From Octopus sinensis (Eukaryota): a DNA stretch of 64,000 nucleotides. The notes under the pieces are model-generated. The model did no database searches. It was not told where the DNA came from and was given only the letters and a program-made list of their open reading frames with translations. Of the stretch, positions 40,655 through 54,108 are shown in pieces; position 1 is the stretch's first letter, and each line of letters begins with the position of its first letter. Made by a program: the position numbers and the translations under genes. Location of the stretch: positions 84,072,001 through 84,136,000 of the forward strand of contig NC_043000.1 in the NCBI RefSeq assembly GCF_006345805.1, written 5' to 3'.

Positions 40655-40981
40655 TTTTTTTTTTCAGTCATAGAGTTAGATTTATGAAGGTCTTCAGTAG
40701 AAAATCCTTCGAATTCTGACTCGCTGCTTGATATAATGAAATTCGTATCCATTTTTTGTCAGAATTACAAATTTTGAAAACACAATAGGAACAAATTTCG
40801 GAAAAAAATCTCCCATAATTCACGGAATTAAAATTACACTTCGATTTTTGTACAAAACTGTATTTGAAGTGTTTACGAAGTATAATACGTGTTTTCACGA
40901 ATGTACTAAAGAGATTTACTCTGATATTCTCATTTAAATATGAATAGGTAAATTCGGGCGGTTTGGTAACGAAAGGGTTAA
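40655..40981 (-). mobile_element. possible piggyBac-like terminal fragment
   Basis: Minus strand starts TTAA|CCCTTTCG; acidic SESEFEGF peptide; partner terminus not found. Confidence 0.35.
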
Positions 40982-41199
40982 ACGGATGCATACATTTATT
41001 AATAACTATATATAAGTGTCGTCTGTTTATACATAAACACTGTTTCATACTTTCAGTTTAGTCTTCCTCAAATCACTCTGTCGCTATTTACTCTCTTCCA
41101 AGAACATTTTCACTCACTCTTATCTCTTAGCTTGCCATACATTTTACTCATGTATCTATCAGCGTGATAGACAGAAACAAATATTACATCGCCATCGCA

Positions 41200-41502
41200 T
41201 TCTATTGTCTACCTGTCAACACACACACAGTGAATTAGTTTCATTTTATTCGTTGCACACTGTGTGCGTGCGTTTGCGTGTGCTGTAAACCAGACTAAGA
41301 AAAGCATTTGACATACACACCAGAATGTGAGTTTTCTGTAAATTTTGCTTAATTGGAGTTTAAAATTTAAAAACTGGACCTGGCATGACCCGATGCATTC
41401 TACTCTTAAAAATGCTAGGTAAATTGTAATTGAAGAAATCCTATATTGTAGATTTCTATAAGTGACAAAGGGAGGCAGATAAAATCTGCCTTTTATAATA
41501 AG

Positions 41503-41503
<1 letters not shown>
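41200..41503 (-). mobile_element. Helitron-like 5' fragment
   Basis: Begins TCTTATTATAAAA with the subterminal inverted repeat GGCAGAT..ATCTGCC; 3' end not identified. Confidence 0.4.
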
Positions 41504-41543
<40 letters not shown>

Positions 41544-41571
41544 GTGTGTGTGTGTGTGTGTGTGTGTATAG

Positions 41572-41618
<47 letters not shown>

Positions 41619-42199
41619 AATATACATAATGCAACACTTTACAAATTTTTAACCTAAAACTCTTCACCATTGTTAGCTAAATTCCAACGATGAACTTCTT
41701 TTTTGTATGAAACCAACACCATGTTTATAGGATTAATTCAAATAATTAAGAAAAAAAGGTAACCCCCGAGTAATTAGAAAATTACAATTAACCAATTAAT
41801 TATAAATTCTTAATTGGGACGGTAAATATATGTAAAAACCCGTAGCATGTACATATACACACGTATGAAAATAAAGACCTGTTTTTATGCGTACACACAC
41901 GCAAGTCAATACATACAAATTCCCACATGTATATACATGCATATATTCATGCAAACGTACACACGTACATGACTACAAAGCTGATCTTTAATTTAAAATG
42001 AGGTAGTGACATGTTTTTCTCTCTCAAGGAAATAACTTTTGTAAGCGAGGAAGAAATACTCTCTGTCACAGCTTTAGATATTCTGAGGCAGTAATTGACT
42101 GGTTGTTGAATGGAATTTCTTCTAAGCATTCCTCCACTTTGAGTGGAATTTCTTCCAAGCATTATGAACGCGACGTTCTGGGACATCATTACAAAAGTT

Positions 42200-42290
42200 G
42201 GCAGTGTTGTAAGAAGCTTGCTTCTCAACCACATGGTTCCGGAGAATTTCGTAGACGGAAACTGAAAGAAGCCTGTCGTGCATATATATA
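42200..42290 (+). mobile_element. SINE family A 5' part (3' part resumes at ~44030-44190 after the RTE insertion)
   Basis: AACCACATGGTTCCGG..GTAGACGGAAACTGAAAGAAGCC; tail CTTGACAACCGG..ACTTAGCGG at 44110. Confidence 0.75.
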
Positions 42291-42327
42291 TGTATATATG
42301 TATATATATATATCATATATATTTATG

Positions 42328-44016
42328 AGCTTCTGTGTCAGTGCTGGGAAGAGGGTACAGTCCCTCGGGATATGCGTGATGCTAACATCATTACGCTTTA
42401 CAAAAACAAAGGTGACCGTGGTGATTGTAACAATTACCGTGGAATATCTCTTCTAAGCACTGTTGGAAAGACCTTTGCTCGCGTTATCCTGGCCAGGCGA
42501 CAAATACTTGCTTCTCGAATCTATCCGGAATCGCAGTGTGGCTTTAGAAGAAGCAGATCAACTATTGATATGATATTCTCCATACGCCAACTTCAGGAGA
42601 AGTCCAGAGAGCAGAAAATGCCATTATATATGGCCTTCATTGATCTAACAAAGGCCTTTGACTCGGTAAGTAGAAAAGGCCTCTTCATCCTGCTCCAAAA
42701 AATCGGATGTCCACCAAAGCTGCTGAGGATCATCAAGTCTTTCCATGATGATATGCAAGGCACCATACAGCACAATGGTTCAACATCGGCCGCCTTCCAA
42801 ATAAAAAACGGGGTAACGCAAGGTTGTGTCCTCGCTCCTACATTATTTGGCATTTTCTTCTCGCTCTTGCTCCCACATGCCTTTCAGACATCAGATGATG
42901 GAGTGTTTCTGCACAGTAGAAGTGACGGGAGACTGTTCAATCTCTCGCGCCTGCGTGCCAAGACCAAAATCAGAAACGTCCTGATCAAGGAGATGCTATT
43001 TGCTGATGATGCCGCTCTAGTATCACTCACAGAAGAAGCCCTCCAAAGGCTCATTAACTGTTTTGAGCAAGCACGTAACGACTTTGGCTTAGCTATCAGC
43101 CTTAAGAAGACCAACATCATGGGTCAGGCTACATCGGAGATCCCAAACATACATATTGGAGACCACAGATTACAGGAGGTGGAGAAGTTTACCTATCTTG
43201 GCTCTACCGTCACCTACAAACTATCCCTTGACGCTGAGCTCAATATACGCATTGCCAAGGCAGCTGCTGCGATGGCCCAACTCTCCAAACGGGCATGGGA
43301 AAACAATAAGCTGACCAAGACCATGAAAATGAAGATCTACCAGGCATGTGTACTTAGCACTTTACTGTATGGAAGTGAGACTTGGACGCTATACACACGC
43401 CAAGAGCGTCGCCTAAACATCTTTCACCTGCGCTGCCTCCGGAAAATCCTCCGCATCAAATGGCAGAATCATATCCCCAACAAAGATGTCCTCAAGCAAG
43501 CAGGAATACCAAGCATGTTTGCACTCCTCACACAAAGATGTATGAGATAGCTTGGGCATGTTAGCCGTATGAAAGATGGCAGAATCCCCAAGGACATACT
43601 CTACGGAGAGCTTGCTAGGGGTACTAGGTCTGTGAGTAGACCGTTCTTACGTTACAAGGATGTTTGCAAAAGGGACATGAAGGCCTGCAACATCAATATT
43701 AGCAGTTGGGAAGCAATTGCCAGCAACCGTGGAGATTGGCGACGTACCGTAAAAGAGGGAACACAAAGGAGTGACAGAGGGAGAGAGGAGAAATGGAAAG
43801 ACAAGAAAAGACGTCAACAAGAAACTATGACATTACAACCAGCCAGGAACAGTCTTCGCTACATTTGCGGTGCCTGCCAGAGGGAGTGTTTGTCCAGGAT
43901 AGGACTACACAGCCACAACAGGAAATGTATCAGGACATGAAATGTAAAAGCCGGACTGGACTATTTTATGCGAAACTCCATTGTCTCCCGAGACAAATAG
44001 GATGCCAACAACAACA
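42328..44016 (+). mobile_element. 5'-truncated RTE-clade LINE with (CAA)n tail and 11-bp TSD
   Basis: TSD ATATATTTATG at 42317-42327 and 44017-44027; 3' end CCATTGTCTCCCGAGAC..CAACAACAAC. Confidence 0.95.
42330..43940 (+). pseudogene. RTE reverse transcriptase and C-terminal domain, single in-frame stop at 43548-43550
   Basis: NYRGISLL, QCGFR, FIDLTKAFDSV, QGCVLAP.LF, FADD, FTYLGS, LLYGSETW, R*LGHVSRM.DGRIPK and the terminal C..C.R.C.SRIGLHSH motif. Confidence 0.93.
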
Positions 44017-44900
44017 ATATATTTATGTGTGTGTATGCGTGCGTGTGTTTCTGTGTGAATGTGTGTGTGTGCGTGTGAGACTTTGTGTCACTTTTTGTCG
44101 TCCACCACTGCTTGACAACCGGTGTTGGTGTGTTTACGTACCGTAACTTAGCGGTCGGCAACAGACACCGATAGAGTAAGTTCTATGATTTAAAAGATCC
44201 CTTGAAGCAAAAGCATTGATTCACCCGAGATGACTTTTCGAAAGCAATATGAATCACTGTTCCAATATCTATATGTCCTTAATGATTTTGTTGGTTAACA
44301 GGAATATCCTAGTCCATCTATAGAAGCAAAAATTACGATCATTCCACCGTCTTGTAATGGTACTTCTGGAAACAGCCTTGTTCTCTGCAGCTCAAAATTG
44401 GTTTCACATTTACCGCAAGACTGATTTATCAAGAATTTCGGTACTCTCTTACCTGTACTGTTAATAGTCCTAAACATGCTAGATACTTCTTTCCTTAAAG
44501 TAGATCACATTCTTTTTTATATTAGACTTATAAGGATTTACTTCCTCGTCAGTAGGATAGAGAATTTGGAATATGTTGTGCCAGCTTCACGAAGAATAGC
44601 AATTTCCTTTTTAATACTCATACTGCATAAGGTTTCGTTTTCCTTTGACAGTACACCTCCCATAAAAGAATAAAAAGATATGACTAAGAGAGGAAAAAGA
44701 TATGGACTATGTTTGCATAACGTTTGATTTAAGCAATGAAAGAAAATCCTGGAATATAGTTCCATTTAAAAGAAATCTAAAAGTAAACTTGACAATTCAA
44801 ATAGATTTCACTTTTTACTATAAGTAAAAACATGCAACATATATGCATGATTACATGCATATATGTGCATATGTATAAATGTATGTGTATACGCGCACAT

Positions 44901-46142
44901 GAAATTTCACCAAATGAGGGTTATTTAGAAACATAGTCCCTCTTGCGCTCCACACACGTCTTCCATCTGTATTGTAGTGCTTTGATCCCATTGATGAAGA
45001 GGCTTTCATGCTGTTGGTAAAAAGGCATCGACAGCAGTTATGGCATCATCGCTGCGATACAGTTTCCCAACTAACTGCTTTTTCATGTTGAGGAACAGAT
45101 GATAGTCAGATGGGGCGGAATCAAGAGAACAGGGAGGATAATAAACCAGTTCAAAGCTACAGTCCCGCACAGCAGCCATTGAAACCTAGGACTTCTGTGC
45201 TGGAGGTTTGCCTTGATGAAACAAAACACCTCTCGTCAGTTTTGCTTGGCGTTTGGTCTGATAGCCTTTCGTAACTGCTTTCGTTGGCATAGTACTGTCC
45301 GTCGATGGTGTGGTCCTTTTGAAGATAGCCAATAAACATAATGCCTTTTGAATCCCCCAAAACTGAGGTTATCACCTTCCCTGCAAGGGAAACGAACTTG
45401 GTCCTCTTTGGAGCATGGAAGGATGGGTGTTTCCCTTACATAGATGATCTCTTTGTCTCTGACTCAAATTGATGAAGCCGACACTCAGTTTGGGTTAGGA
45501 AATGTTGAAGGAAACTAGCTGGATCTGCCTCATATAATGTTAGATTTTCTCGTGATGTGATCAATCTGGTGTTCTCTTGATCTGGTGTCGGAAGACGGAA
45601 CACCCTCCTACGAGAAACTTTCGTCATACTCAGTTCATTGTGCAGAATATTCTCAACTCTTTCATGGGGTATGGCAATAACATTGACTATGTGATTTATA
45701 GTCAATCGCTTGTCATTCATCACTATGTGATGAATGACAGGCAAGGAAACCACGATTACTGTTTTTCTCGCTGGTGGCAGTTGCAGGACGTCTAGACTTA
45801 GGGTCAACTTCAAGACTTCCCCTCCTAAATTCAGCGGCCCACTTTTGCACAGTTGCTAACACTAGAGCATCATCTCTTAAAGTAGTGACTATGTCTGTTT
45901 GAATGTCTTAGGGGTTAAACCCCATCTTTTTTTGCACTAACTGATAACATTACAATGACAAATTTTGTCAATTTTCAAGATAAGTCACTACTAGTTACGA
46001 TTTAACAATTAGATGCCAGTTTACTAGGAAAGGAACAATGTAATTATTAATAAGTAGTGTTGAAAGTAATGCATGCAAGGTTTCACAGCTCTAGCGTCAT
46101 TCTTTAATAGTCAGCCCAAGGACTTTTCAACCCGACCTTGTA
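44901..46142 (-). mobile_element. mariner element, decayed, 5' TIR retained
   Basis: TACAAGGTCGGGTTGAAAAGTCC terminus; ILHNELSMTKVSRRRVFRLPT, ETKRSSM, DSKGIMFIGYLQK, SLDSAPSDYHLF, WKTCVERKRDYV*. Confidence 0.88.
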
Positions 46143-46724
46143 CCCATTATAGTACATCCACACATACATCTATAGCTATACAAGCACTCTCAAATTTACT
46201 TGAGTGCATGCAAAGCCACACATACAGCTACTTATATGGCCACATCAACTTGTATATTAACAGATCAGTGGAAATGTTTTGACTCAATTAAGATTGCGTT
46301 GCTACGTTGTTATGACTGGCTTGAATTCTGGGAAAATACTTAATCAAATCTAACAAACACCACCACCGCCACCGCCGCCACCGTTCCACCGCCGCTGCCG
46401 CCGCCTTCTTCGCCAAACTCAAAATATACATACATCACATACAAAAACTATGTATAGTTGAAAAGATAAGGTGTCAAACATGAGAACGCTTCATTTAAAA
46501 TCATTGAGAAAGATAACATTTATGTTCAACTACTTCAAAACTTACGTCTTCTTTACTCACATTATATATTTACATTAATATTCATAAATTAATATCCATA
46601 ATCATTAGCATACAAGGTTATGTTAACAATAATTGTTAATACTCTTCTCAGAAGGCTGGATTATTTATGAAGGGAAGTAGACCATACACGCACACACAGA
46701 CATCCATATATCTGTGTAATTTAA

Positions 46725-47140
46725 TTTCTTTATTGCCCACAAGGGGCTAAACATAGAGAGGACAAACAAGGACAGACAAATGGATTAAGTCGATTACATC
46801 GACCCCAGTGCGCGATTGGTACTTAATTTATCGGCCCCGAAAGGATGAAAGGCAAAGTCAACCTCGGCGGAATTTGAACTCTGAACGTAACGGCAGACGG
46901 AAATACCTATTTCTTTACTACCCACAAGGGGCTAAACACAAAGAGGACAAACAAGGATAGACAAACGAATTAAGTCGATTATATCAACCTCAGTGCGTAA
47001 CTGGTACTTATTTAATCGACCCCGAAAGGATGAAAGGCAAAGTCGACCTCGGCGGAATTTGAACTCAGAAGGTAGTGGCAGACGAAATACAGCTAAGCAT
47101 TTTGCCCGGCGTGCTAACGTTTCTGCTAGCTCGCCGCCTT
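46725..47140 (-). mobile_element. dimeric family B SINE
   Basis: One head at 47140 followed by two ~180-bp body/tail units. Confidence 0.85.
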
Positions 47141-47146
47141 TATCTA

Positions 47147-47236
<90 letters not shown>

Positions 47237-47239
47237 CTA

Positions 47240-47290
<51 letters not shown>

Positions 47291-47292
<2 letters not shown>

Positions 47293-47585
47293 CACGTGAT
47301 CACGTGACCGACCATTCCATTAGATGTAGTTACACATCGCTGGTCACAATGCGTTCGCATTGTTTTAGCCTTCGAATGACGCCACCCCGCTGGCTAAGCG
47401 AGCAGGCCAACAGAAGAAAGAGTGGGAGAAAGAGTGGTGAAAGAGTACAGCAGGGATCACCACCCCCTGCCGGAGCCTCGTGGAGCCTTTAGGTGTTTTC
47501 GCTCAATAAACACTCACAACGCTCGGTCTGGGAATCGAAACCGCGATCCTACGACAGCGAGTTCGCTGCCCTAAACACTTGGCCA
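47291..47585 (-). mobile_element. tRNA-derived SINE, family D (Arg-like head)
   Basis: Minus strand TGGCCAAGTGTTTAGGGCAGCGAACTCGCTGTC..GGTTTCGATTCCC; the head is repeated at 62956. Confidence 0.7.
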
Positions 47586-48470
47586 TATATATATACCTTT
47601 ATATCGACCTGTCTGTCCGTCTCTCTCTTCTCTATCTATGTCTCTTTCTCTTTATACATATATATATATATGTATATATTTGTGTATACAGACATACATA
47701 TACATACCTATATATAGTTACATATGTGTGCGTGTAAATATCTATACACGCACACATTCATTTACAAAGAATGCAGTGACGCTACATTTGTATTTTGAAA
47801 GCTCGTACGCAAATGGTTCTTTCGAATGGTTTGTTGTAGAAACACACAAAAGTTCCAAGTTTTGTCGTATTTCTTTACAAATGCCAATAAAAGTTGAGTG
47901 ATTTACAACTTGAGGGATTTAATGTTCCACTGATGATGGAATGGATTGAAGGTGGATCGATACAAAATCTCTTGGTACTACTTAACTGACTCATAGATGA
48001 ATATGAATGGAAGCGATAAAATATCTAGGCATTAATATTACGTAATATTCTCTTGACGACTGACTTCTTAAAATGTCATGTGACTTGTGGGCATTTCTTC
48101 ACTAAACAGCCGAATGGTTTTATACATTTTTTTTCTTTCTGTATATGTGAGAATAAGCTGCGGTATAACTATTATGGCAAAGCACATGAAAATAAGTTTG
48201 CTGGAAGGAAACCGTGACTTGAAGAATTTCGCGCATTTATATGATTTCTAATGACCATGTTCGAGGAAATGAGTACAGGATCTAGGCACTTAGGGAGAAA
48301 AACTACCGAAGAATAAAGATAGCATCTAATACAAATTATTATTTCGTCAAAGACAATCAGTTATTCAGCCGCTGTTCTTCTATTTCCAAAATGTGTTGCA
48401 TGTCATTGCATCGTAAATTTATGTGAAAATGCCCCTAAGTTACATGTAGATATTTTTCTCATCCAATAAA

Positions 48471-48473
<3 letters not shown>

Positions 48474-48510
<37 letters not shown>

Positions 48511-48549
48511 GCAACAACATCGATAATAAAAAGAAAAAAGGCGATGAAG

Positions 48550-48614
<65 letters not shown>
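48474..48614. repeat. (TAA)n microsatellite
   Basis: Direct sequence. Confidence 0.9.
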
Positions 48615-48636
48615 CCCATGATAAAGTCAGTGTATA

Positions 48637-49909
48637 CATAGACATGCAGGAAGTAAATAGACAACTTTAGTTTTCAAAATCTTTTTATTTAATATGCAAA
48701 ACGAACAATTGAAATGTAATCGATAGGTAGGTCTACATACTTCAGTATTTAGCTGACATTCCCTTTGCAATTTTTAATTCAGAAACTCTTTTTGGCATTG
48801 AACTGATGAGCTTCGTGATTGTTTCTTGTGGAATTTCTGCCCATTTCTCACGCAACAATCGAAACAGTTTATCTTTAGATTTAGGTTTCTGTCGAGTTTT
48901 TCGTATAGCTGTCTAGTATACACCAAAGATTTTCAATTGGATTCATGTCAGGAGATTGGCTCGGCCAAGGAAGCTTTTTGATTCCATTTTCAGTCAGCCA
49001 TTGTTGATTCCTTTTGGCTGTGTGGCATGGAGCCCCATCTTCCATGAATAAAAAATAATTTTCGTTATGTTATCGTGTGAATACATCAGAAGTAGTCCTT
49101 GCTTAAGTATTTCGATATATGTTTCAGTTTATGTCTCCAACACATTCGATCAGCTCAGAACGACCATTGCTGGTTACAGCTACCCATACCATTACAGAGA
49201 TACCGCCATGTTTCACAGTTGGTTGGAGTCATTTCAAATCAAATTCTTGATTGGGAAACCTCCAGACACAAACACGTTCACTGTCTGAAAATAATGCAAA
49301 TCTGGATTCATCCGAGAAAATCACTCTATCCCAAAATGAACTGGATTTTTCTGACATCTCCTTAGCCCATTTCTTTCTTTTCATGATATTAATTGGTTTA
49401 AGGAGGGGTTTTCTTCTAGCTGCTCGTCCATAATACCCAAGCTTATGCAGATATGTAACACACGTTTTTGGACTAACTTCTAGCTCTTTTGCAATGTCAG
49501 AAGCCTTGGAACGGGGTTCGTTTTCCACAATTCTCTTCAAACAGTGAAGCTTCCTTTCTGAGGGCCCAGGTCGGGTGGGACGAGCATCTGTTGATTCTTT
49601 TCCTTGGCTTTTTAATTGCACTATAATTCTATTAACAGTAGCAAGAGGAATTTGAAGATTTTCGGCAATTTTTCGCTGGCTAAGACCAGCCTCAGATTGC
49701 CCAACAATACGACCGCTTTTAAAATCTGAGAGTTCTGCTGAATTTTTTGTACGTGACATGGTTACTCTTCACAAATGTTTAATATAATGGCACCTGGAAT
49801 GAAAAAGAATAATTACATTGTAAATTCTACACTGATGAAAACATATTAAGACACTTAGATCAGAAATTTTGAAAATTAAAGGTGTCTATTTACTTCCTGC
49901 ATGTCTGTG
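48637..49909 (-). mobile_element. full-length Tc1-like transposon with ~44-bp TIRs and TA TSD
   Basis: TA|CATAGACATGCAGGAAGTAAATAGAC at the left and GTCTATTTACTTCCTGCATGTCTGTG|TA at the right. Confidence 0.95.
48742..49759 (-). pseudogene. Tc1 DDE transposase pseudogene
   Basis: HTH N-terminus, [46 protein letters not shown]; one stop and about two frameshifts. Confidence 0.92.
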
Positions 49910-51989
49910 TACAAGTGTATGTGTTTTTGTGCGTCTGTGTGTTTGTGAGTGTGTGTGGGTGTGTCAACGCTTACTACAATCCGCGCATAGAGTCATTTCA
50001 AATAACTGCAGTTTCCTTTAAATATAAATCGGAAATATTGACATCATTTTAAAAATTAATTATAAGATATAACAATGTTTTTAAAAGCCAACCAAATCGA
50101 ATTGACATTTTCATTTCTATAATCAGATTTGTAAAATTTCAATCTTATAAAATAATTTCTTTTTTTAAAAAACATTATCCTCTTCTATAGTCTTTTTAAT
50201 CTCTCTCAAGAATTTTGTAATGTTGTTCCGTTTAGTAACTTTTATGAAAACATTTTTTTTTTAATAAATGTTTTACAAAATAGGCTACGTTACTTTGAAA
50301 CTATTACCATGGGAATTGTCATACTATTTATATGCTCACATTGTTTTTACCTTTATAAGAGAATAAATATTGTAACCTGAACAATTACTCCTCTTAATAT
50401 AATTGTTCTCTTTGTTGCCCGTTTTTGCTTTCAGCTGTACACTGCTATGTTTTTCTTGTCCAGGAACAGGAGATGTATAGGAAATATCTAACCAACAAAA
50501 AAGATACGGATATTTTCATATCTATTTGTTGTGACATAAAATGTCGATTTTATCATACTAGTGTGGCAGATGTCATCCATAGATAGTATCAACAATTATT
50601 CAAGAACATCTTCAAAGTGTAACCTTCCCATGAGACTTGACATTGTCACTGAAGTCATCCATAATAACGTCTATAGGCAGGATTGTCTCGACGGCCATAC
50701 CAAAGGCACAACAAAACCACAATAAAGCTACGCCTTTTAAAATAAGCAACACAAGAAGAACATTAAAAAAATGTATGTCTAAACATAGATGTTCTATAGG
50801 GTTCTGAGGAAAATGATCTACTGATGTAGACGTCAGCTGTTCTGTGTATATGTCTCACTTAAATTTGAGAAAAAGGAAAACTTCCATGGTGAACTTGTGA
50901 GAAACTTACAGCTCTTATACTCAGGCTGTAGATTCTTGTTGTGCCTATTTTCCTAGGTATTCTAGGCTATGTAACAACAGATTTTCATAAAAGCTTATAA
51001 ATGCCGGGCTGTTCCTAAGAAAAACCAACATAAACTGAATCGCATCTCCAAATATATTTTGTAAACCACTCCGGGCATTCTTCATTTGAGTTTTCTTGGA
51101 TTGAACATGCGCACACAATCGCATGTGTATACTTGAGTATTAAAATGACATGTATACCCACATACATGGGTGAAAGTTAATCCACACACACATCATCACA
51201 TATCCACAAGCCCCGAAGACTTGTTATGGCTTAAACAAAATAGCGTAGTCTCTTTGTTAGAGAACGATTTAGATTTCTCAAAGGTAAAAAAAGAAGAGAA
51301 AAACTTTCATACCAAAGAAAAATTTATACAAATATGCATGTTTAATCTCGATCACAGTCTTGGCATTATGGTAACATGTTTGAAAAGAATTTATACTTCT
51401 CAGTATGATAACGAACATCTACATTTATTTCCATGCCTAAAATCATATCTAACATTAATACAGTATTATTATGGTTTGTATCATTCATGTGATATGCCAT
51501 CTGACTTCTATTGTTTCCCATCTAATATTCTTTCGCAGTAGACGTAATTAGTTATTGTTCAATGTATGAGAGTAGGGTCAAGGTCTTAACCTTTACCATA
51601 AGCTTTACGTTAAACAATAAGTAATTACGTCTACCTCATCACCCCGCAAAAAAATGAAAATAAAATAAAAACATGCAATTCTACCCGATAGAAAACAATA
51701 GAAGGATAATGACATGTCACGGGAATGAAACAAAATGTGTGTATGTGTGTGTGTGTTCGTGTGTAGGAGAATATATACAAATGCTTATGTATGTATATAT
51801 ATTCACGAAATATGAATTTCCGTAAGTCGGTTCCTGATTATGCAGATGCATTTTTCTTAGAGGATCATATTTTGCCTGTGATCGGACATAAAATCTCAGT
51901 TTTCACGTTGCGTAATCTAAGAGAGGTAATGCTTGGAATAGACATGAGGAATACAGAAATAGAAATTAGAAATAAATAAATAAAGGAAC

Positions 51990-52107
<118 letters not shown>

Positions 52108-52805
52108 TAAGGTGAACGAAGAAAGAAAACAGAAAGAGACTGGAACACAACGAATAGAGAGATAGTAAATTAAACAAGTAAAATGTATAATAAAATGAAT
52201 TATGAAATCATAATTAAAAGAAGTGTTGTCAGAGAAGCACCAGTGAAGTAGATTGATGTTGTGCGGTAAAAAGGGTTCGTGAATATCGTTAGCTAAACAA
52301 TAATATCTAAAAGTATAAAGCCAGTTTGTTAGTGCAACTAGCTAGAAACTGGGAACAACTTGTAGCTCTTATTTCAATCAAAGTCAGTAAAAGAAAGGGG
52401 AGCTTTCATATAACTCTCCTGATATTTTTATTCTGTATGTTTCGATTCATTGCCTGCAGCCAATAACTCTCCCTGGATGTCTTTATTAATAATATTAAGG
52501 CACGGATATAATTACATCAATAGACTGGCTACTTAGCTATTGAATCAACAACAAATATAAAATAATATCCTTCGTCTTTGTCAATAGTCTTTTGTTGATC
52601 ACTGGATTCTTCTGGAAACTAGAGAATTTTCACATTCATAACTAAAGAACTAAAGCATTTACACTCACAAAAGACCTCACCCAGCTAACTAAGTACACAA
52701 CAACTGTACACACAAGCGCGCGCATACACACACACACAAACACACAAACACAACGTATATGTATGAATATATATATATATATATATAAATACATACATGT
52801 ATGTA

Positions 52806-52851
<46 letters not shown>

Positions 52852-53089
52852 ATGTGTGTGTGTATGTATAAATATGTATATGTGTGTGTACATATATATA
52901 AATGTGCATATATGTACTGTACGAATGTATATAAAGATATGTGTGTGTAGGAAGCCATTTATGTCGATGAGAACTTGATTGTTTATTCAAAGAAGCGCTG
53001 GTCATTGGGTACATTTTCATAAATCCAGTGACATTAAGCTCGCATTTACGCATAAGCTTGAATTTACCCACAGACAAACTCACACAACA

Positions 53090-53120
<31 letters not shown>

Positions 53121-53605
53121 GCGCGCGCTGGAACGTAACGTATGCATACACATACAAATTTGTATGCGCTTGCATATATAAATATAAATATGTATATGGA
53201 TACAGTTATATGGTAATGTAGACCAGTACAGCTTTTCAAAAACTGTGATAAAAGAATAAAAACGGAAATTTGTCATATACATATATATAAACAAACTAAG
53301 GATAATGAAGATGTAAGAAGTGGTAATCGGTGGAGTGGAATTATCTATGAATATTAATTGTAAAGGACGCATAGGAGTGGCTAGTGTACATTTTGATTTA
53401 ATATATGGATAGTGGGAAAAGGTATGCACTGGTATGGTTTATCTAGAACGAATGCTGCGTAAAATTATGTGTGTATGTATGAGTAATGTATGTGTATGTA
53501 TGTGTTGGAAAGTTAACTCTGTAACTGTATGTGTATATGTGTGTGTATGGTTGTATGTATGCATGTATGTATGCATGCATGTATGTATGTATATGTATGT
53601 ATGTT

Positions 53606-53714
53606 ATTATTCAGTTTCATTCCAAGAATTCTTGCCAATAGAGAAGGAGCCGGTTTCTAACCTAGATCCAATGTTCCTTCATTGGAATTTCAACATTAAC
53701 AATGGGGTATTTTT
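53606..53714 (-). repeat. ~115-bp (TACA)n-associated unit
   Basis: Aligns to the reverse complement of 3994-4105; (TATG)n on both sides. Confidence 0.8.
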
Positions 53715-53857
53715 GTATGTATGTATGTACGTATGTATGTATGTATGTGTGTGTGTATATATATATATATATAGCTTTCAACATGTGATCTCTTGAGCAC
53801 CACCAGCTCAAATATTTTTTCCTCTGTCTTCCCTTCTTGGGATCTTTCCTTCTCCTT

Positions 53858-53892
53858 GTTTCCAACGAAGAGCTCAGCTCGAAACGTTAAAC
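53858..53892 (+). ncRNA. degenerate minimal hammerhead motif
   Basis: GTTT-CCAACGA-A-GAGC-TCA-GCTC-GAAA-CG-TT-AAAC; the core carries two substitutions. Confidence 0.5.
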
Positions 53893-54035
53893 CCTCCTTC
53901 CCTTCTTTCCTGACCGTCAATAATACTTTAATTGTTCCACGTCCTGCGTTGCTGTGTTTTTCTCTTTTTTTCTGTGTTTTCTTGTTTGGATTAACTATAT
54001 ATATATATATATACAGACACACATATATGTATGTA

Positions 54036-54073
<38 letters not shown>

Positions 54074-54108
54074 AATATAATATGTGACAGTTATTCGGTA
54101 GCCATGGT

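Noticed and set aside
44200-44765. Short ORFs between the RTE and mariner elements
   Set aside because: No identifiable motifs.
51170-51541. 123-aa ORF
   Set aside because: Non-ATG start, no recognisable domain, composition typical of random AT-rich sequence.
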